Below are positions 58,039-64,000 of a stretch of DNA of 64,000 bases, one piece after another. How positions within the stretch are numbered: the stretch's first letter is position 1; each line of letters starts with the position of its first letter. The stretch is from Bdellovibrionales bacterium (lineage in GTDB: Bacteria > Bdellovibrionota > UBA1018 > CAIMNF01). The stretch spans positions 354 to 64,353 of the forward strand of contig CANBTI010000006.1 in NCBI GenBank assembly GCA_947372355.1, given 5' to 3'. Under the pieces are notes generated by a model that saw nothing but the letters and a program-made list of their open reading frames with translations, was not told the origin of the DNA and ran no database searches. The position numbers and the translations under genes are program-made.

Positions 58039-61000
58039 TTAATGACCTCCATCATGTGATTGTTTTAATATTACCTTTGTAGATTGAATTGCTTTTTCCG
58101 CTGAATTTTTACCAAAATAGAAAAATAAAGAGGGAGTAACCACCATATCCAGGAGTGTTGAACTAAATAAGCCTCCCACGATCACTACCGCCATAGGATG
58201 AAGAATCTCTTTCCCCGGTTGTCCTTTAGACAAAACTAATGGAATCAATGCAAGAGAAGCAGTTAACGCGGTCATGAGTACAGGAACTAGCCGCTCCAAT
58301 GATCCACGAATCACCATCTCTTTTGAAAACTTTTCACCTTCATTTTTCATCAAATGCAGATAATGACTAATCATCATGATTCCATTACGACTAGAAATTC
58401 CACAAAGAGTGATAAACGCAACTAGAGTGGCAACTGAAAAAATTCGATCCGATAAGAATATCGCAATTAAACTTCCAATGAGTGCCATTGGAATATTAAG
58501 CATGATTTGAAAGGCAATAAAGTTAGATTTAAAATGAGCATACAAAACCAGGAAAATTCCCAACAGTGAAAACATTCCTAAAAGAAGAATTAATCGAGAA
58601 GCTTTTTGTTGACTCTCAAATTGCCCACCGATTTCAATAAAATATCCATTGGGAAGTCTAACATTAGCACTCAGATTGGCTTTTATTTCTTCTACTAGGC
58701 TATTTAAATCTCTTCCAGAAGCGTTTGCTTGTACCACTATTCTTCTTTGAACATTTTCATGATTAATAATGTTCTGACCAGTCGATTCGTAAACGTCAGC
58801 AATTTTTTCTAGTGAAATCTTACTGCCATCTGGCATGATCTTCATTGTCGTTTTCTTCATTAATTCAATATTGGAACGAGACTGATCATCAAAACGCATG
58901 AACACGTTGAAAATTCTTTGGTTTTCTAAAACCTGAGCTACCACTTCCCCTTTAAGAGCCATTTCTAAAGTTGAAGCAAGATCCCCTAAAACAATTCCAT
59001 ATTTAGCTGCTTCTTCTCTCAACAATTGAATTTTAATTTGTGGAACCAGCACTTGCTGTTCAGATTGTAGATCCACTAACCCCTTTGTTCCCTGAATAGC
59101 ATGTTGAATTTCAGCCGCTTTTAATCGTAATACAGCTAGATCTGGTCCAAATAACTTGATGGCGATTTGTGCTCTGACTCCTGATAAAAGATGATCCAAT
59201 CGATGAGAAATTGGCTGGCCAATATTCACAAATACACCTGGGATGGATTCAAGTTTTTTACGCATTTCATCTAAAACTACATCTCTCGTTCTTTGAGAAG
59301 TTTTAAAATCAACATCAATTTCTGAAGAATGAACGCCTTCTGCATGTTCATCTAATTCAGCTCTTCCGGTTCTTCTCGCTACCGATTTTACTTCAGGCAC
59401 ACTGAGCATTAACTGCTCAGCCTTGGTCCCCAATTCATTTGATGCTTCCAGAGAGATACCCGGTGCTGCAAGTAAACTCACCGTAGCAGTACCTTCGTTA
59501 AATTTTGGTAAGAAATCTTTACCAATGAACGGGATTAAAGCTAAAGAACAAAAGAAAATCACTGTAGCGATCACCATGATCATTTTTGGATGATCGAGTG
59601 CCCTCATTAAAACTTTTCGATCCCAATGTTTCAACCATTTTACTAATCTGCTATCTTCATGTTGAAAAATCTTTTGCTTGGAAAAAAGATAAGAACAAAG
59701 CACAGGAGTAACAGTGAGTGAAACCAGAAGCGACGCCAATAACGAAATAATATAGGCTATTCCAAGAGGAATAAATAAGCGACCTTCGATACCACTGAGA
59801 TAAAAAAGTGGAATAAAAACTAAAACAACAATGATGGTTGCAAAAACAATTGAATTTCTCACCTCAGATGAAGCGTTATAAATTACCTGTAAAGTGGATT
59901 GAGGTTTTTCCTTTTTTTGATTTTCTCGTAATCTACGATAAATGTTTTCAACATCCACTACAGCATCATCCACCAACTCTCCAATGGCAACAGCAAGGCC
60001 CCCCAGAGTCATGGTATTTACTGAGATTCCAAAATATTTCATCACGATGGCAGTGAGAACAAATGATAATGGTATTGCGGTTAAAGTGACTGCAGTAGTT
60101 CTAAAATTCAACAGAAAAATAAATAAAACAATCATCACAAGTACAGCACCATCACGGAGTGCTTCTTTTACATTGGCGATTGCTGATTCAATAAAGTTTG
60201 CCTGCTTGAACAACTCCCTTTCAAGAACCACTCCTTTGGTGAAACTTTTAGAAATATCATTTAAAACTCGATCAATTTCTTTGGTGAGCTCAACCGTATT
60301 TGCACCCGGTTGTTTTTGAATACTCACGATCACCGCAGGAGCTCCATTCACGGAAGCATCCCCCCGTTTAATTTGGGCTCCAATTTTTACTTCAGCTACT
60401 TCTTTTACCAAAACAGGTCTGCCGAGATGATAACCCACTACAGAATTACGGATATCCTCTTCTGATCGAACCGTTCCAATATTTCGAATCAAAAATTCTT
60501 TTTGATCCACATCGATAAATCCACCCGTCGTGTTTTGACTCAAGTGAGTTAAACTATGTTGCACATCTTCTAAAGAGAGACGAAACTGTTGAAGTTTTTC
60601 AGCAGAAAGTAAAAGCTGAAATTGCTTTACCCCTCCACCAATTGAAATCACTTGGGCCACTCCAGGAACACTGAGTAATCGAGGTCTGATCACCCAATCA
60701 GCGATCGTTCTGAGTTGAATGGGATCAATATTTTTATCCGTGGATGAAAGGCCCAAGAGTTGGATCTCACCCATAATGGATGCAATCGGTCCCATTACTG
60801 GAGTAATTTCTTTAGGTAACTTTTCTTTTGCTATAGAAAGCTTCTCCGCAACTAATTGTCGATTGCGATAAATATCGGTTCCCCAAGCAAATTCTAAATA
60901 GATTACAGAAAGACCAATTCCCGATGAAGAGCGCACTCTCTCCACACCTGGCAAACCATTGAGTACGGTTTCAAGTGGCAAGGTCACTAATGTTTCCACT

Positions 61001-61179
61001 TCTTCAGGAGCCATGCCTGAAGCTTCGGTCATAATATTCACAGTGGGGCGATTGAGATCCGGGAAAACATCAACAGGAAGATTCACGATCACGTAACCAC
61101 CATAAGCAGTTAAAAAAGCCGTCATCACAACGACTAAGAGCCTATGAGTTAATGAAAATCGAATCACTCGATCAAGCAT
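58039..61179 (-). CDS. CusA/CzcA-family heavy-metal RND permease
   Basis: LPVDVFPD, GMAPEEVE, AIGELVDDAVVDVEN, ERLVPVLMTAL. Confidence 0.95.
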   Translation of the reverse strand: MLDRVIRFSLTHRLLVVVMTAFLTAYGGYVIVNLPVDVFPDLNRPTVNIMTEASGMAPEEVETLVTLPLETVLNGLPGVERVRSSSGIGLSVIYLEFAWGTDIYRNRQLVAEKLSIAKEKLPKEITPVMGPIASIMGEIQLLGLSSTDKNIDPIQLRTIADWVIRPRLLSVPGVAQVISIGGGVKQFQLLLSAEKLQQFRLSLEDVQHSLTHLSQNTTGGFIDVDQKEFLIRNIGTVRSEEDIRNSVVGYHLGRPVLVKEVAEVKIGAQIKRGDASVNGAPAVIVSIQKQPGANTVELTKEIDRVLNDISKSFTKGVVLERELFKQANFIESAIANVKEALRDGAVLVMIVLFIFLLNFRTTAVTLTAIPLSFVLTAIVMKYFGISVNTMTLGGLAVAIGELVDDAVVDVENIYRRLRENQKKEKPQSTLQVIYNASSEVRNSIVFATIIVVLVFIPLFYLSGIEGRLFIPLGIAYIISLLASLLVSLTVTPVLCSYLFSKQKIFQHEDSRLVKWLKHWDRKVLMRALDHPKMIMVIATVIFFCSLALIPFIGKDFLPKFNEGTATVSLLAAPGISLEASNELGTKAEQLMLSVPEVKSVARRTGRAELDEHAEGVHSSEIDVDFKTSQRTRDVVLDEMRKKLESIPGVFVNIGQPISHRLDHLLSGVRAQIAIKLFGPDLAVLRLKAAEIQHAIQGTKGLVDLQSEQQVLVPQIKIQLLREEAAKYGIVLGDLASTLEMALKGEVVAQVLENQRIFNVFMRFDDQSRSNIELMKKTTMKIMPDGSKISLEKIADVYESTGQNIINHENVQRRIVVQANASGRDLNSLVEEIKANLSANVRLPNGYFIEIGGQFESQQKASRLILLLGMFSLLGIFLVLYAHFKSNFIAFQIMLNIPMALIGSLIAIFLSDRIFSVATLVAFITLCGISSRNGIMMISHYLHLMKNEGEKFSKEMVIRGSLERLVPVLMTALTASLALIPLVLSKGQPGKEILHPMAVVIVGGLFSSTLLDMVVTPSLFFYFGKNSAEKAIQSTKVILKQSHDGGH

Positions 61180-61189
61180 GTTAGATATC

Positions 61190-61588
61190 CTATTTTTTAA
61201 GCATCAAAGGCAATTCATACACAGCGTCTTCACCTTTATTTTTTAATCGGTGAGCAGTAATTTTAATGGTTCCACTTTCGCCAAAAACAGTATTGGGTGC
61301 ACTACACTCAAAGTGTCCTTGTATGGGTTTACAATTTAGATCAATCGTTTTGCCTTGATTGATAAATTTAACTTTTACGCCTGAATTTTTAACCATTGGA
61401 TTTTTCCAATTGATATCGAGCAAATAAATACTCAAGGTAGTTGGGGTTTTTAATACTAATTCTGTATGAAAGGCGCCCGGCATTCTAATAAATCCACCAT
61501 GAGGCCCCGCGATATCCTCGCCATGAGCGAAGGCATTGGAAGAAAATGTGGTTAAAACCATAAATAAAAAAAGAATTATTTTATCCAT
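61190..61588 (-). CDS. Small secreted His-motif protein, similar to 57635-58036
   Basis: Signal peptide then HGED...GPHGG...HTELV. Confidence 0.75.
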   Translation of the reverse strand: MDKIILFLFMVLTTFSSNAFAHGEDIAGPHGGFIRMPGAFHTELVLKTPTTLSIYLLDINWKNPMVKNSGVKVKFINQGKTIDLNCKPIQGHFECSAPNTVFGESGTIKITAHRLKNKGEDAVYELPLMLKK

Positions 61589-61646
61589 TTATTAAGTTTA
61601 GCACCTAATTCTGTGCTAACAAAAAATAATTAAGCTGCACAATCTC

Positions 61647-61670
61647 TATCTATGATCTAGATCATAGATA
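61647..61670. promoter_or_regulatory. Perfect 24-bp palindrome containing an Fnr-like box
   Basis: TATCTATGATCT/AGATCATAGATA, core ATGAT-N4-ATCAT. Confidence 0.75.
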
Positions 61671-61681
61671 TGTTATAAATA

Positions 61682-62425
61682 TTGGAATATATTAATAAAA
61701 TGACTCTAGCCGTTCCTGCCGAAATACTCGCAATTCTAAAAGAAGATCAATCTTTTTCACAAATGAATGAAAAAACAATTCGGGCATTAGCTTCATGTGC
61801 GGTGATTGGGAAATACAAGCATAATCAATATTTATGGAAGTATGGCGATCAAGGAGATCACTGCACTTTGGTTACTTCAGGCTTAATTGAAGTGACCAGA
61901 CCCACTGGTGATGAAGAAGATACCTGCATGGGTATTTTTGGAAAAGGCGATGTGATTGGATTATCTGCATTTTTGCATAAAATAAATTTTCCAGGCAGCG
62001 CTAAAGCTTTAGATGATTCAAAAACCATAAAATTTTATCTCAGCGCACTCAACGATATACCAGACAATAAAATCATTCTTCAAGATCTCTCTTCCTGGAT
62101 GAGAGAAAGAATCCTTGCTCATGAACATATACTTCGTGAAAAAATCGATATCATCACAGCTGGTACAATTGAAAATCGTTTACGCGAATTATTCAAACAC
62201 CTGCTCAGACGTTTTGGAAATATTAAAAGTGGATTCAAGTACGAAATAAAAATTAAACTGACAAAAAGCAAAGCAGCAAAAATAATGGGAATTCGGAACG
62301 AAACTGCTATTCGATTAATCAATGATTGGCAAAAACGAAATCTGATCAAGTGGGAAGAGGATAAAATCATCATTCATAATTTAGAAATGATTGATCGGCT
62401 CATTATGCAAAAACGCTCTAAATAA
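61682..62425 (+). CDS. Crp/Fnr family transcriptional regulator
   Basis: cNMP-like N-domain, C-terminal HTH (AAKIMGIRNETAIRLI). Confidence 0.9.
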   Translation: MEYINKMTLAVPAEILAILKEDQSFSQMNEKTIRALASCAVIGKYKHNQYLWKYGDQGDHCTLVTSGLIEVTRPTGDEEDTCMGIFGKGDVIGLSAFLHKINFPGSAKALDDSKTIKFYLSALNDIPDNKIILQDLSSWMRERILAHEHILREKIDIITAGTIENRLRELFKHLLRRFGNIKSGFKYEIKIKLTKSKAAKIMGIRNETAIRLINDWQKRNLIKWEEDKIIIHNLEMIDRLIMQKRSK

Positions 62426-62458
62426 AAAAAGGGCTCTAGGCTTTCGCCAAGAACCCTT
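62424..62458. terminator. Hairpin terminator between convergent genes
   Basis: A-tract, GGGCTCTAGGC-TTTC-GCCAAGAACCC. Confidence 0.6.
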
Positions 62459-62478
62459 CCGTTACAACAACCACAATC

Positions 62479-63714
62479 TTACAAATTAACTTCCATTTGA
62501 GCATAATAAAATGTTGGATTTACGCTACCAAACTGATCTTTAAAGTATGCACCAGAGTTAAACAAGGAAACTCCTCCAGTAAACTTAAGTTCTTTTGATG
62601 CTTGATAAACCATCGTTAAATCAAATTCTGAGCCCACTTCGCTGGAAGCAGAAGAAGATGTCCATGCACTACCGCCCGCTTTAATCAAATTAGCTCCGGT
62701 ATCAACACGAGTGAAACTATGAAAATCAAGTTTAGCCTTAAGACGATCAGAAACTTGTGCTTCAGTGTGAATGACAAAACCAGAAATATTTTTTCTGCCT
62801 AAAAGATCAGCATAACCCAACCATTTATGAACAGTTGGATAAAGTTGATTATATGTTTTTCCAGCAGTAAAATACTCGAAGGCTAAACGTGGTTTAATCG
62901 AATGTTCGAAAGTATAACCAGCTTCAGCATCAACTTGATAATTCGTTGTTTCAGTGAATGCGTTACCAAATTCTTTAGTGTATTCCCCGCGATAATCAAA
63001 ACCACTGAATTTAGATGCTGCTCTGATACCGGCTGCACCTAATTGAGTTGGCAATGCACCAGTTGCATCACTTTGATAAAGAACATAAAGATCTAAATTA
63101 TTTAAATAATTACCAAAATTCAAGTTATTATATAAGCCGTAAAAATTTACATCACCTGCAACAGGAGCTGTCGCTGTAGATGAATTATTTTCTGTTATTT
63201 TACTTGCAAATATATCTGTCCAGCCAATACCGGTTATAAAACGGGTATAGAAAGCATCAAAACTTCTACCAGTATTATTCCAATCTAGAGCACCCACTAC
63301 CAATTCATCACCGTAAGAAACGATCATTCTTCCAGCTTTAAAACTAAACCAATCATTTGGATGATAGTTTGCATAGGCTTCATGCACATTAAATGTAGGA
63401 TCAGTAGTTGTTCCACTAGTTCCTGTTTTCGTATTCGCAGCAGCACCAGATGTTACAAAATTCGCCTCACCCAATACTTTAGAAAATTGTGGAGTGAAGA
63501 TCACTTCTAACGAGGGATCACGTGTAAATTTAATCTGAGGTCTTACTCTCAAGCTGGTATAATCTCGATCGGTAAACATATCCGTTTTATTATCACCTTC
63601 TGCACGAACTCTAAAATTTCCGCTTACAGAAATACTCTGATCATCAGCCGCACTTGATATCATCGGCATCATTAGAACAGAACCCAATAATACTTTAACT
63701 ATTTTTGTTTTCAT
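62479..63714 (-). CDS. Alginate-export-family outer-membrane porin
   Basis: FRVRAE, VHEAY, GRM...YGDELVVGALDW...RSFD, LYPTVHKWLG, GSEFDL. Confidence 0.8.
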   Translation of the reverse strand: MKTKIVKVLLGSVLMMPMISSAADDQSISVSGNFRVRAEGDNKTDMFTDRDYTSLRVRPQIKFTRDPSLEVIFTPQFSKVLGEANFVTSGAAANTKTGTSGTTTDPTFNVHEAYANYHPNDWFSFKAGRMIVSYGDELVVGALDWNNTGRSFDAFYTRFITGIGWTDIFASKITENNSSTATAPVAGDVNFYGLYNNLNFGNYLNNLDLYVLYQSDATGALPTQLGAAGIRAASKFSGFDYRGEYTKEFGNAFTETTNYQVDAEAGYTFEHSIKPRLAFEYFTAGKTYNQLYPTVHKWLGYADLLGRKNISGFVIHTEAQVSDRLKAKLDFHSFTRVDTGANLIKAGGSAWTSSSASSEVGSEFDLTMVYQASKELKFTGGVSLFNSGAYFKDQFGSVNPTFYYAQMEVNL

Positions 63715-63762
63715 ATTTTTTCCTTTATTCTTCTACACTAAAATAACTTTCAAACTTAAAGC

Positions 63763-63776
63763 ATGATTAAAATCAT
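63763..63776. promoter_or_regulatory. Second Fnr-like box, upstream of the porin
   Basis: ATGAT-TAAA-ATCAT. Confidence 0.6.
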
Positions 63777-63783
63777 ATTTGAA

Positions 63784-64000
63784 TTAAAATACTTTTTCTT
63801 TTGAATCATACGATAGCCCCTCTGATGTTTGTACGATCACTCCCTTTTCATTAAGAAAAATAACTTTATTATCATGGCTAATGGTTTCATCCTCGGGATT
63901 TCGTGAATATCTAATCTCAAGTAAATTAGACAAAAATCGTGTATCTTTATCATTTCCCACCAATAACTTCCAATTCGGATTAGTGATTCCTTGGCTCACT
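63784..64000 (-). CDS. C-terminal part of a SCO-family protein (partial)
   Basis: WKLLVG...ISHDNKVIFLNEKGVI; open to the window end. Confidence 0.65.
   Translation of the reverse strand, partial: VSQGITNPNWKLLVGNDKDTRFLSNLLEIRYSRNPEDETISHDNKVIFLNEKGVIVQTSEGLSYDSKEKVF

Overview
AT-rich bacterial chromosome segment. Gene content (HiPIP, tandem CheX, many short secreted orphans, RRM protein, sigma54 promoters) suggests Bdellovibrionota/Oligoflexia; this is an inference. Core genes: moaA-moaC, yceD, SNF2-xerD, S2P-trpS-scpA-scpB-rluB, leucine-catabolism genes, three tRNAs (Arg-TCT, fMet-CAT, Arg-CCT), a heavy-metal RND operon with no membrane fusion protein, and a Crp/Fnr regulator with ATGAT-N4-ATCAT boxes. 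Two accessory regions stand out. (1) At 3.56-5.56 kb, next to tRNA-Arg(TCT), two ORF6N genes each carry a perfect 27-bp palindrome at the same coding position. The two differ only by mirrored changes, and a third variant lies free between them. (2) A ~9-kb element integrated at tRNA-Arg(CCT) (11-bp direct repeat, integrase, Xis, Replic_Relax-like protein) carries a type IIG R-M enzyme and an uncharacterised three-gene module (unknown protein, HEPN-wHTH, small wHTH) divergent from a predicted ~100-nt small RNA. Many genes look leaderless. All calls are by eye from motifs; no searches were run.
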